In this document: positions 25,166 through 37,114 of the stretch, in pieces
Layout of the letters: each line of letters begins with the position of its first letter
How positions within the stretch are numbered: position 1 is the first letter of the stretch
Assembly: GCF_018977255.1 (NCBI RefSeq)
Contig: NW_024704743.1
Location: 104,844,001-104,908,000 of the forward strand
From: Callorhinchus milii
Taxonomy: Eukaryota
Direction: 5' to 3'
DNA: 64,000 nt
Translations under genes and position numbers: made by a program
Notes under the pieces: generated by a model
What the model was told of the DNA's origin: nothing
The model's input: the letters and a program-made list of their open reading frames with translations, nothing else
Databases searched by the model: none

Positions 25166-26649
25166 AATCCAATTTTTTAAAGTATAATTTCATTATAACG
25201 ATATGTTATTATTACTTTAAATTTCTTATTTACAAGCCCACTGAAATAACAAGAAAAATGTTTTGTGAATGGTGATTTCAGTATATCCACTAACTCCAAG
25301 CTATTATCTTGTGTACGATTATGTATTCTGGAGTTTGAGTTTATTTCCCTACATGTGCATTCAGAAATGGTTCTAACCTCTTCACAGTCCTTGGCATTTT
25401 GTTAAATTGCTATTTCCTACACAAGAGAACAATGGCTGGGAGAATATTGTCCTTGTGTTACTGGGACTGGAGTTTGAATCTAAAACAGACAGATGGGATG
25501 AGGCTCAGACTCTCAAAAGTGCTGTTTAGTCTCCTAAAGCCTTCTCTATAGTACTCTTATGAATTTGCATTTGTTGCAAATTTGCAGCTGTTTCATTGAT
25601 TGTCCCACTGTGTAAAAGATGCAGTTATTTACTCCATCCTGATTTGGAGAATTACATTACTCCAGGAAGCAAAACAGGCCAAAGATTCCCCGCAGATTGG
25701 TACAGATGTCTGAGGCATTCCTTCTGCCACACTGTGTGACAAGTAAACACTTGGCAGTCATGCTGTGAGTTGCTAATATAATGTCGCCAGCAGGTATGTT
25801 GCACTGTGAAGGAACAATGCGAGATGTCGTTCAGTCAGAATCATTCTGGCATGGTAAAAAGGGAAAAAACAACCGCACATGTTGTAAAATAAAAGGAGGG
25901 GGAAATACAGCTTGTGATTTGATAATTGTCGCCAGTGGAAATATGGTCTGTGATGTGATAATTACCCCCTTCCCAAAAAAAGCACTGAATTGCTGAAATT
26001 CCACAGCAGGGGATCAATCAACATTTCCAAGAGAATGATGGATTAATGTTCCTAGGGTGACCCTTCATCATTCGTTCTGATGTAAATTGACTGCAGTGTT
26101 GCAATAGAAGTGCAGATTGTATTAATGATGTATGTCGGTCTGTATCGTGCACTCTAGGTAGCAGGCTTTGCAGTATGACTGCATGCACTACAAATGCTCA
26201 GTTCTCCCTCCTTCATAATTCCTAAATGAAAAACATTGTTCAACCTAATTATATGTGGGTGGTATCCATGGAACACTCAGTTTGGTTTGGATACTTTTAA
26301 GCATAGTGATGGGTTTCCGCATGTGTCGGATAGCAAGCTGTCCAACAAAGAAAAGTGATTTCCCCTCCTCTCCTTCCTCTGGACACCCCTCTTCCAATTA
26401 GAACTATAAACTGTGAGGTCTCATTGTGTTAATTTCATGCTCTTGGACTTGCACCTATGTATTTACTACATCTACAACAAACGCAGTTACAATTCCAATG
26501 TTTGATCACAGAGGAAATAGAATTTCCAGCTACATTTTATTTGATGCTACATCCCTTGCTGTGAAACTGACTTTTATTACACATTCGCTTACATTTCTCA
26601 ATGTAACTAACATCTTACATCCATCTCTTTATTTGCTCAGTAGTTCTGA

Positions 26650-26880
26650 ATGGAACACAGGAACAGGAGTGGACCATTCAGCCCCACACGCCTGTTCCAC
26701 TATTCTATAAGATCATAGCTGACCTGTACCTCAACTCCAATTACCTGCCGTTGCCTCATATCCCTTGATATCTTTACCTAACAAATATCTATCTACCTCA
26801 GTCTTCGGAAATTTTAATGGATCCAGCATGCACAGAATTTTGGGGGAGAGAGTTCCAGATTCCCACTACCCTTTAGGTGA
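26650..26880 (-). mobile_element. CR1 3' end fragment
   Basis: ggaacaggagtggaccattcagcccc...gagttccagattcccactaccct matches the CR1 3' UTR at 17786 and 20891. Confidence 0.85.
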
Positions 26881-27170
26881 ATGATATGTTTATTTTGATT
26901 CTTCTGCTTCCTGCATAATTTTGGACCATCTCTGATCTCACAAATTGCGACCTCTCATAACCATTTTTGACAATTATCAAATCTGTCATAAATGATGCAT
27001 TTTTCACCCAATGCATTATTTCCCAAGGACTCTAATAAATACTGTATTGTGAACAACATGGGTTCCCAGACTGCTAACTTGAAATTCTAAGGTCACAGCT
27101 CTCCACTAATTTTGTCACTATCTATTACAGCACTACCACTGTTACTAATATTACATCTAATTGATCTTGT

Positions 27171-27876
27171 TTGTTTGACCCTGAACTGTCCTTTCTCCCC
27201 CACATCCGCGCAATGACTGGGACTGCCTACCACCACCTTTGCAATATTGCCAGACTCCACCACTGCCTCACCCCTCAGGCTACTGAAACCCTCACCTATG
27301 CATTCGTCACCTCAAGGCTTGATTACGGGAACTCCCTCCTCATCAGCCTTCCCAACTCTTCCCTTCACAAGCTGCAGATCATCCAAAACTCCGTGACCCC
27401 ATCACTCCCACCCTCCTCCGTCTCCACTAGCACCCCATCCCCCAGAGGATTGAGTTCAAGATCCTCGTCCTCACCTTTAAGGCCATCCATGGCTTTGCCC
27501 CCTCCTACCTCTGACCTGCTGACTCCCTACGAGCCTACCCGCTCCCTCCGTTCATCGGGCTCTGGCCTGTTCCATGTCTCACGCCAGACCCGCCCTACCA
27601 TCGGTGGCCGGGCTTTCAGCCTCTCTGCCCCCACACTCTGGAACTCCATCCCACAGTCCCTTTGCATCACTTCCTCCCTTGCTTCCTTCAAGGTTGGTCT
27701 CAATACCTTTCTCTTTGACTGTGCCTTTGGTCTCCCTCCCAACTCTCTGCCTTCCCTCACCCCTACACCATCCCTCCCCCATGCTCGGGCGCCGACACCT
27801 GACTGTTCAGTGCTTTGGGACGTCCTCCCACCGTGAAAGGTGCTCTATAAATGTAATTTTGTTGTTGCTGTTGTTG
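27171..27876 (+). mobile_element. L2 3' fragment
   Basis: [11 protein letters not shown]...[12 protein letters not shown]...[17 protein letters not shown], followed by the tail. Confidence 0.93.
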
Positions 27877-30800
27877 ATAATCCAATGTGCAATTTCATTT
27901 GAGATGCATGAGCTTGCACTTTAGTCATAAATCTCTTTTGATGGGAATATCAATGCATCTAAAATCAAAGTATGATATTTACCATTGTACATTCATCAAC
28001 ACATTGAAGGAAATCCAATATATGTGTTGAGAATGACTTGCATTTCAAATTAATCCAATGTTATTTAACTTGAATTTATTGACCTTACACTTTTTCCTTT
28101 GTATAATTACTTCAGTATTTCCTACCTTGAACCAGCAGAGTTACTTCAGAGGTAAAATGTATTACTAGGTCCAGGAGAAGAGCCTTTAACAGTGGGTTAT
28201 GTATAACATTCTAGGTAAAATTCAGCCTGTTGTGTTAAGAGAATGATGGAGGAAGTATTCTATATGTAAAAGCTTAACATTAGTGGGGACATTATGAGTA
28301 CCTTTTGTGATTGCTCAGCCATATGTTACAGGAAGGAAGAAAGGAGATCTTACAGAGCCTCATCATCTTAAAAGATCTGATAGCGCTTCACCAGTGATTA
28401 CCGTAAAATGGAGAGAGTGTCTTTGTAGGCAAATGTGGCAGCCATTCCACCAAAAAGTTCTCACAAACAACCACAAGATGCATATAGAGGAATTATAGTT
28501 AAGGCATTGAGAGAAACTCTTCTTTAGAAAGTACTGTGGATTTTTAACATCAGCTTTGTATGGGCAAACAGAAGCTCAATTTAGCATTTCATGTGAATGA
28601 TGGCACCTTCGACAATGCAAATAACCCCCAATTATATTCTGGAGCATTAGCCTAAACTTTGAGTTGGCCATTGCCATGGAGACAGCGTAATATTCACAAC
28701 GTCACCAGTGGAGCAAGCAACAAGGCCTCGTCGCTGATTTTCCACCACTTTCTAAGCTTTTGGATTCACAAGTGATTGTCTGCAGTTTATCTATACAAAA
28801 TACAATACAAAATTACATTTGTATAGCTCCTTTCACGGCGGGAGGTCGTTCCAAGGAGCTGAAATCCATATCGGAATTTCTTATTCAGCGTTTCTGTTCA
28901 TTCAGAGGAATTCACTTCACCAAGTATGGTCTGACCATCCAGCCACTACAGGAGATGACTAGGAAACCACGGAGACACCTGTTCTTAAATAATCACAGCC
29001 AGCATAGTTTATTTTCATTCCTGAGGTCTGTCTGGGACACGTTTCATTTCAAAACTGGTTACTTTTTTATGAGATGTGCAGTCTATGGGAAAAATCAATA
29101 CACTCTTGAAGGTCAAAATCAACAAGCCACATAGCCTTAAAAATGAATGAATGGTTCAAATACGGTGTTTGAAAGGTAATGCATCTTTCCCAAAGGCAAA
29201 TGAGTGCATATTTATAATTGAATGTAACAATTTGAAAATAAATAATATTGTTCAGGATGTTAAAAAAGGTTCTTTTACCTCCTTTGAAAGTGCTCTTTTC
29301 ATATTTGTGGTCAGCTAACACACACGGAAACCAGGCACCAATCTTATGAGTATCCAAACCAGACTAAGAGACTCACATGTGTATGCTTCCTATACATGGG
29401 AATTTCCCAGGGTCTGAAATGGAGCACACACTCTATCCCTGGAGGAATGCACCCTGCTTATCTAATTCTGTAGTGGATTAGGTGCAGTTTGGCAAGAGCC
29501 AAGGCTTCAGGACCTTATAGAGTTGGGTACTGCTAAAGATCAAGCAGCCAAAAGCACATAGCTTGCAATTGAAACCACTATAAGCAAGTTTCCCGCTGCC
29601 TGTCCAGCTAAGCCACCCATTAGGGCTTTGGGTTGCAGGATGAACACAAGCTGAGTGGGAAGAATCTTTTCATTGTTCATGAGTTGTCTTATGCTTTGTG
29701 AACCCACTAGCGCTATGCACTTTGTGAATTTTTATTCCTTCCCCCATGAAAAAATATGAGGTTTCATAAAATATCACAGAGAATTTATTTTGTGAAAAAT
29801 ATAACTGTTCTTATAAAGCGTTGAAGAGATAATGGGTGCATGGTGGCCTGATAGTCTAGTTACAGTTTGCCTGTTGGTTGCACAAAAAGGAAATTGAAAT
29901 CTTTCTCTGAACAGTTACTCACATTGAAGCTTCCATTGAGGCTTTGAGACGTACTTCTGACCTTATATGAAATGTAAGGATTAGTATTATTTATTTTTAG
30001 AGTCCATTAGATATAGCAGACTACGCAAGTCCTGTGCCGTGTCATTTTCTTTTACTCCTTTTTCCAATACTGACAGATTTTTACAACTGTTTCTGGTGCA
30101 GTGTAAAGCTGTATCCTCAAAGACCACATTTGTCACGTTTGCTCTTTAATCGTTACAGACTTTACACTCAAGGGACATATTAAATCCTTTCCAAGGTTTT
30201 ACATTAGGTCCTGAGAGATGCCAGCTATCATTTCAGAGGATATGACTGTGAGAGTACAGAAAAGATCAGAATGTCTGGCCAACTAAGGCTAGCCTCCGAA
30301 TAGCAAGGGGTCTTCAGAGGACAGAAAACCTGTCAAGTTAGTGGAAGAAGTCTGAGTTTCCCACCACCAAACCACCAAACCACCAAACCACGGAATGTCT
30401 GCAGCCCTTCATCTCAAATTCTCTCCAAGTTTTCCAAAGAAGGATGTACCGCAGAAAATGTGCAACATCTAAACTTGGGCATTAAAATAAGTGTGTAAAT
30501 TGAAAACCTATGGCAGTGCTATTTGAAATGAAAATTGGGGAAAGAAAGGTTACCTTTATTGCACGTCAGAAGCATAGCGTGATAGACTGATTCTACCTAT
30601 TTTTTTTCAGAGATCAATCCCAATGTGCAAATTATAAAAATAATTCTTACATTTCATATAGTGCCTTATCACATTGTTGAGACATCTCAAAGCACTTCAC
30701 AGGATTTTACTATGAAATGTAGTGACTTAGTATTCATAGGCAAACCCCTGGAAATTACAAGTTAGTAGGAAATTAAGGAGTTATTTCTGGCAGTACATCA

Positions 30801-32049
30801 ACCTGTTGCAGTATAAACACTGATTTATCCCTAATAAATTTCTACAACTTAATTTTAATGTTACCAAAGAGACGATCACATGTCTACTGCACATTAAAAC
30901 AACCTGGCAACCTGATATTGGAGTTCTGTGGCTTGTTGAGTTCCTAAGCACAGAAGTCTCCTAGGTTGCAGACAATTGCAATTTGAAGTATAAATCAGCC
31001 TTCCCCAATCCTCAGAATAATATTACCATACCTCACCTCATTCGGTACAAATTCAACAAAAAAGAAACAAATATTGTTTCTTCTCTGCAGTAATAATAAC
31101 TTGCATTCATATAATACCTTTCACGTAAAATAAATGGCCAACAGTGTTTTCAGAATACAACTGATCAGAAATAACAGTGAAAGTTATGCATAGACAAATC
31201 CAACAACTGATCTACACCAGCAATATCCTATGAACTATAGTAAGATGAGTTGCCAATTCATTTGGATTTGGGAGTGAATTTGGATGAGAAGAAAAAATAG
31301 CCAGTATAATTGGATGAAGACTCCACATTTCTTTCAACTAGCAATGTACTCTATTCAAAGCACACTGAAGTGCAAATTTCACTTCCCAAACTCAATTTTT
31401 TTGAGAACCTCATGCATGACATAAATTATTAATTCAATGGAGATAGTGCTTCCAATAATAAAATTTCAACATTTATCATAATGCAAGTAAGTCTCGAGGC
31501 CATTACTTTGAAATGTAAAGAAAAATATAAAATGAAAATGTTAAGAAAATTCTTTATTCCAACAATAACTTGCATTTATACAGCGCCTTTCACGCTGGGC
31601 AGCGTCTCAGAGTGCTTAACAGTGGCGGAGCCTGATGCGAGTTGGGGCAGGGAGGAGGTGACTGTAAGCATGGTCAAAGTACAGTCTTAATTTGAAGCCA
31701 GTTGAAAACTAAGACTAAATTTTGTTTCCCCCCCCAAATTCTGGTTTACATTATAAAACAATGGCCTTAAGGCTAAGATCTCAAGTGGCCTGAAATGCCA
31801 TCTAATCTTAATGCTGTAAGTCCATTTTGTCTCAAAATATAAAAATTGTGGAAAAATTTGACCTTCCCTAACTTAAAAGACAAAATTATTTCACAGGCTA
31901 AAGCTAAGACAAGGTAAAATGTTGAACCTCTGATCTGGCTGAATTTCTCTTGTGAGCCTAACACAATAAACTCATGATATATCTTCACCCAAAGGGAAAA
32001 GCACTCAGTGACTATATATCTGGGGTGACAATGTACGCGTTAGTCCTCC

Positions 32050-32910
32050 AACAACAACAACCACCACAAAATTAAATTTATAGAGCCTTTCACGTCGGGA
32101 GGGACGTCCCAAAGCATTGAACAGTCAGATGTCGGGGCCCGAGCATGGGGGAGGGGTGCTGCAGGGGTGAGGAAAGGCAGAGAGGTGGGAGGGAGACCAA
32201 AGGCATGGTCGAAGAGAAGGGTCTTGAGAAACAGCCTTGAAGGAGGCAAGGGAGGAAGCGAGGCGAAGGGACCATGAGATGGAGTTCCAGAGTGTGGGGG
32301 CAGAGAGGCTGAAAGCCCGGCCACCGATGGTAGGGTGGGTCAGGCGGGAGACATGGAGCAGGCCGGAGCCCGATGAGCGGAGGGAGCGGGCAGGTTGGTA
32401 GGGAGTCAGCAGGTCAGAGAGGTAGGAGGGGGCAAGGCCATGAATGAGGACGAGGATCTTGAACTCGATCCTCTGGGGTATGGTGAGCCAGTGGAATCGG
32501 GCGAGGGTGGGAGTGATGGGGTCATGGAGCCTGATGCGTGAGAGTACACAAGCTCCAGGGCCGTTAGGGGGTGCTGTGGCCAGGAGAAGCCACACCAACA
32601 AACACTGCCTGTGCAGAGCAAGCAGCCGTCAGTGTGGCAGAGTGGCCTGACCCGCACAACTGTCAATTTATTGGTTAAAATTTGTTTCAATTGAGTACAG
32701 TATAAGTTTATGTGTAGGCATATCTGTCTGTAATAAACGTTTTGTTCAGCATTTTGTTGGTGGAGCAGAGGGGACAAGGGCCAAATAGGAGGCAGAAGCC
32801 AGCCGAGCAGAGTCAGTGGGTGGTGGAGTGGGGGCGGGGTAAGCAGGGAGATGCAAGGGCATAAAGTGATTTGAAAACGAGTGAGAGGATCTTGAAATCG
32901 ATCCATTCGG
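32050..32910 (-). mobile_element. L2 3' end (32050-32560) plus an older L2 fragment (about 32740-32910)
   Basis: HDPITPTLARFHWLTIPQRIEFKIL...[15 protein letters not shown]. The second piece is a more diverged homologous tract. Confidence 0.85.
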
Positions 32911-34269
32911 TAAACTACCAACTTGCATGTAGTTGGGTATTTTGCAAAGATTTAAGCAAATGTCTAAAAGAGGTTTCCTCAATTTTGTTGAAAAACTGTT
33001 CTTTACCTGCCAAATTCTATCTCTACATCAATTTTGAATTGTGTTCAATTAGTACAAGTTATGGATTTTAGTCCTCCCGACATGAAAGGCGCTATACAAA
33101 TGTAATTTTGTATTGTATAAAGGGTGTTTATGGTTCTACACTGTGTACAGTACACTGTTCAAAGGCTGTGTGCTGTCTATTACAACACCAGGGGCTGCAC
33201 CACTCCTAACATTTTGGTGGCAATCACTTGAGGCACTGCATTAAGCTCCTTTGTTCAGCACACAAAATGTATTTTGTGCTGCTGTGAAAGGAAAGGGTGG
33301 AAATAGAACCAATCCACATAATTATGACTGAAACGCAAAACATGGGTTCAGCAGTCATTCTGTGGTACCAAAAGGCAATTGGAATTCAGCTCAGTGCTTC
33401 TCCCTGAAGGCAGATCCAATTGATAGTGCTGTTAAATGTGGATTGGGTCCTGCATTGTTGGTTTTTGGAAGGAGGTTTTCCACACAAGTGTTATTAACCC
33501 TTACTCCTCCAAACTGATTTTCTGCAGCTTAGATATTGTCCCGCCCAATTTGCCCACAAATATACAAGTCACTGCTCTGTACAGTAAATCCCATGAAGCG
33601 CTTTGAGATGTCCTCCCTAGATGAAAGGTGCTATACCAAATGTAAGGATTATTATTTTAGATGCCAAGGGTAGCATTTGAGTGTGATTCTCAGATACAAT
33701 CTTTACTCAGCAAAAAAAATTAACAATACAACTGGCCACGACTGCAATTTTCAACAATGTGAAAATTATTACCACTGCTGAATATCATGTGACACTGCAA
33801 TGTTCACTCCCCTTCACCCCTGGAAAAATAATGTTGCAAAGGCACATTTACATTTCTGCCATGCTGCTCCAGTTCTATGCATGTTTGGTTCTTTGCATAA
33901 TTTCACATCTGTGAATTATCAGGGGTTTATTTGACTGAGGTCCCAAAACACTTCCACAGTCCGTCAACACTGCACAATTTTCACAGTTCTTAGACTCCTG
34001 CGTCGGGTGGGGGAGAAAGAATAACTCTGGCTTTAGTTAACCACAGAACTTGGAGACCATAGCTTTAGAGTCTAGAGTCCAGATTGAAATATGAGCTCAG
34101 TTGGTAGTTCAGAACCCAGTAAGGACAGAAGCCAGCCTGACTGCTAAACACCACTTTCTTTCCTCAGAGGCAGTCAGATATTGCATGCACATCACATTTC
34201 GTTTTAGCTTCTTAAGACTACTTAGCTTGCTCTTCTCCCTCCTGTATTGGGGCTTCTCCAGTACACTCT

Positions 34270-34395
34270 TTCAGTTCCTGGGATGGCCCGAAATGTTGAC
34301 ATCTTTCCTTCTGCAGGTGACTATTGGCCTGCTGTATCTTTCTAACATTCTCTTGTTTTATATCTCATTTCTAGAGTCTGCAGTTTTTTCTTTTC
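34270..34395 (+). mobile_element. Degenerate Penelope-like pLTR fragment
   Basis: ttcagttc...cccgaaatgttgacatctttccttctgcag...tttctaacattctcttgttttat resembles the reverse complement of 396-534. Confidence 0.5.
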
Positions 34396-34849
34396 ATTGC
34401 AGCCAGCTACATATAGGCCCAGTCTACTTGTTAAAGATGTTCTCTTTTCTCCTTCAGTTTTGGTACTGAAGAACATCTTAATCTTACTGTTTTCATGATG
34501 ATTTGCTGCCATCCGATTTTAGGGTTCTCACCCCTGATTTTGCCGACATTGGACGTTATTTATTCACAGCTCTGGCCACTATTTGTGACATGTTGGCATA
34601 AAAGATTTTCTTTTTACTTTATTATTCTAGTTTTCACAATCTCAAAAATATGGGTCTTCCAGCACTGTCACTTTTCATACACAGCTAGTACCAATTCCAA
34701 CAAGGATAATTCTTGTCCTTCTGATCATGGAACCATTTCTATGACTGTCAGCCCTGCTTGTTGATGTGGGTCAGTATTTATTTTATTACCTGAAGTACAA
34801 TGGCATCTTGATGATCCACAAATTTGAATTATTAACTGTATAACTACAT

Positions 34850-35255
34850 TAATAATCCTTGCATTCGATTCAGAGCCTTTTACATCAGGAAGGATGACTT
34901 AAAGCTCTTCACAGGATTTACTATAAAGTGTACTAACTGTGTGTATTGTTGGCAAATGCGGCAGCCAACTTGCACACACCAATGTCCGTCCCACAAACAA
35001 CCATGAAGTGAATAACCAATTTTATTTAGGGAATTGCTGGCCAGCGCACTGCACTCCCTTCTCTTTTCAAAATGCAACCAGGCAAACAACTCCTCGTTTT
35101 AACCTCTGATGTGAAGGACAGCACTCCCAACATTGCAGCACACCCTTAGTACTGTCTTGGAGTGTCAGCCTGGACTGTGTGTTCTAAGTCCCGACCTGGG
35201 GCTTGAGCCCACAACCTTCTGGCTCAGAGGCGAGAGTGCTAACAACTGAGCCAAA
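34850..35255 (-). mobile_element. Old Deu-domain SINE, near full length
   Basis: Head (ggcttgagcccacaaccttctggctcagaggcgagagtgctaacaactgagcc), Deu-like body and L2-type tail. Confidence 0.85.
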
Positions 35256-36324
35256 TTGTGTTGGATGATCCATTGTAAACAATAATTATCCCTTTGGGTC
35301 ATTTGGTTTCCAACAATTTCTGACTTGCCACACATGGTTTTAACTTCATCTGATCATTATTAAATTTTTCAAAAAGAAAGTTGAGAAAAAATCTGACTCA
35401 TTCAATATTACTATTGAATTACAGAGACATTGTCTCTGCTATGTTGAAGCCAAGCCTACAAAACTCCTGCAGCAATCAAAGTGCACTGCTGCGTGACCCA
35501 GTGGCAACACCCCATTGTTTTTTTAAAAAAGCAAAGCTTTTTTTTTGCAATTGATCAAGCTACAAATATAGTTGGATCTTGAAAAGACATGAACCTTGCC
35601 AATAACCAGACTGTGCTTGAATCAAGTTTTTTTTTAATAGAGTTTTTTCTCATAATAAAAAGTTGATTCATAACATATGTACCGTTTACTCTATCGGACT
35701 GCAACTGAATCCAGATTAAATCACTTCTTGTTTTCAAAGCACTTATTTTTTCTTTTGCAATAAGCTGTTAGTGTGTGTGTGAGATGTGTGAGCACACAAC
35801 ATGCTGCAGAGACAAAAGAGAAATCCTGCAGGAATATTTAATGCTTGTGTTAGAGGGTTGCACTGAGATATTAGTCTGGCTCGGGAATCCTTCACAGTGG
35901 CAATTAATGAGACCTGATTTGGGCCACTGTATTCCCAAACTTTCATGGGCTACAGTTTGGCTTTTATGAGAGCTTTTATTTCCTTCTTTAAATGCTAGGC
36001 AGACTTTGCAGAAGTTTAACTCTTTTTTTTACAGGAAAACAGTGCTTCAAAATATCACCAAAGAAAACCATCAGAAACAGCACAGAAATTCAGGTAATAA
36101 AGTAATAATCCTTACATTTAGTACTTTGGGAGGACCCCTCTAAGCACTTCACAGGGTTTACTGTAAAGTGTTATGACTGTATATCTTCTAGGCAAACATG
36201 CAGCCAATTTGCACACAGCAATGTCCCACAGACAGTCATGATGTAAAAGAAATCTATGTAATATAAAGACAATTGCACATTGAAAGCATGCCCACAAAAT
36301 ACACAGTCAATCCACTTCACAGTA

Positions 36325-37114
36325 CAGTAGAACCTCACTAATCCGGTAAATCAAGTGACTGGCCAAAAGTAACCCATTTACTGAAACAGGTCGGGTGATT
36401 CAGGTCACTGATGTAATGTTCAGGGCATTGATAATGGGTGAGGGTGGTGAACATTCAACAACTAGACTTTGCAATCTCATTAACATAAAGGCATCGTCAC
36501 ATTTAAAACAAAAACTTTCATGTATTCAGCCTTCCTTTTGAGAATGCATCCAACTTGTGTTCTGCCAATGCCATAGATCACAGCTAACTGTCTATGACTT
36601 TTGCCCACACTCTCACGTAAGGACAACTCCTTCTGTGGTGGCATGTTTACAGCACTTGTCAACAGTCACTAAATCAAAAGAAATAATTTACACACAAACC
36701 ATGTGCTCTGAATACAGCACTTACCAAGAATTGGCGGCAGGAGCTCAGGTTAGGCCGCGGGCGCCGGGTGAAGTCAATTTTCCGCTTTCGTTGCTTCCAC
36801 GATCCCAACACTCCCCGCGCCGCGCATGTGCGACCGGAGCTCACTCCGCACACAGTAGCAGCATCGAGGAAACAGTAGAGAAACCTGAGGCCTAACGCAC
36901 TGTGTACTGTACAGGTTAGTAGCGGAGGGTTGTGTTTGTACCACTTTTGAAGTGGAGGAGGGTGCTGCAGCGGCCGTAATCAATGACCTGAATAGTGAGG
37001 TGCCCTGAAGCAGACACTATCTTTGAACATTGACAATGAAAGAGACTGTGAAAATATGCCCACATTTGTGAGGCGGCTGGATTACCGAGGTGACCGCAAA
37101 ATGGGTTTCTACTG
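36325..37114 (-). mobile_element. Tigger/pogo-family DNA transposon, internally deleted, inserted in a SINE tail
   Basis: TA|CAGTAGAA...TTCTACTG|TA termini with a TA duplication. Internal peptide MPPQKELSL...GKSHRQLAVIYGIGRTQVGCILKRKAEY is an HTH_psq/CENP-B N-terminal HTH. The flanks rejoin as SINE sequence (cacttcacagTA/TAtatcctgtag). Confidence 0.85.
36480..36644 (-). pseudogene. Truncated pogo-type transposase N-terminus (HTH_psq)
   Basis: ATG at 36644. The S-x-R-x-LA-xx-YG-IG-x-T-x-V-xx-ILK pattern is typical of Tigger/CENP-B HTH1. No DDE domain follows. Confidence 0.75.

Noticed and set aside
29067..29357. ORF containing EKSTFKG, resembling an LRR exon
   Set aside because: It lacks LxxLxLxxN periodicity and splice signals; a chance match.
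30361..30390. (CCACCAAA)3, and a 12-bp x3 repeat at about 39520-39556
   Set aside because: Ordinary short tandem repeats with no spacers; not CRISPR-like.
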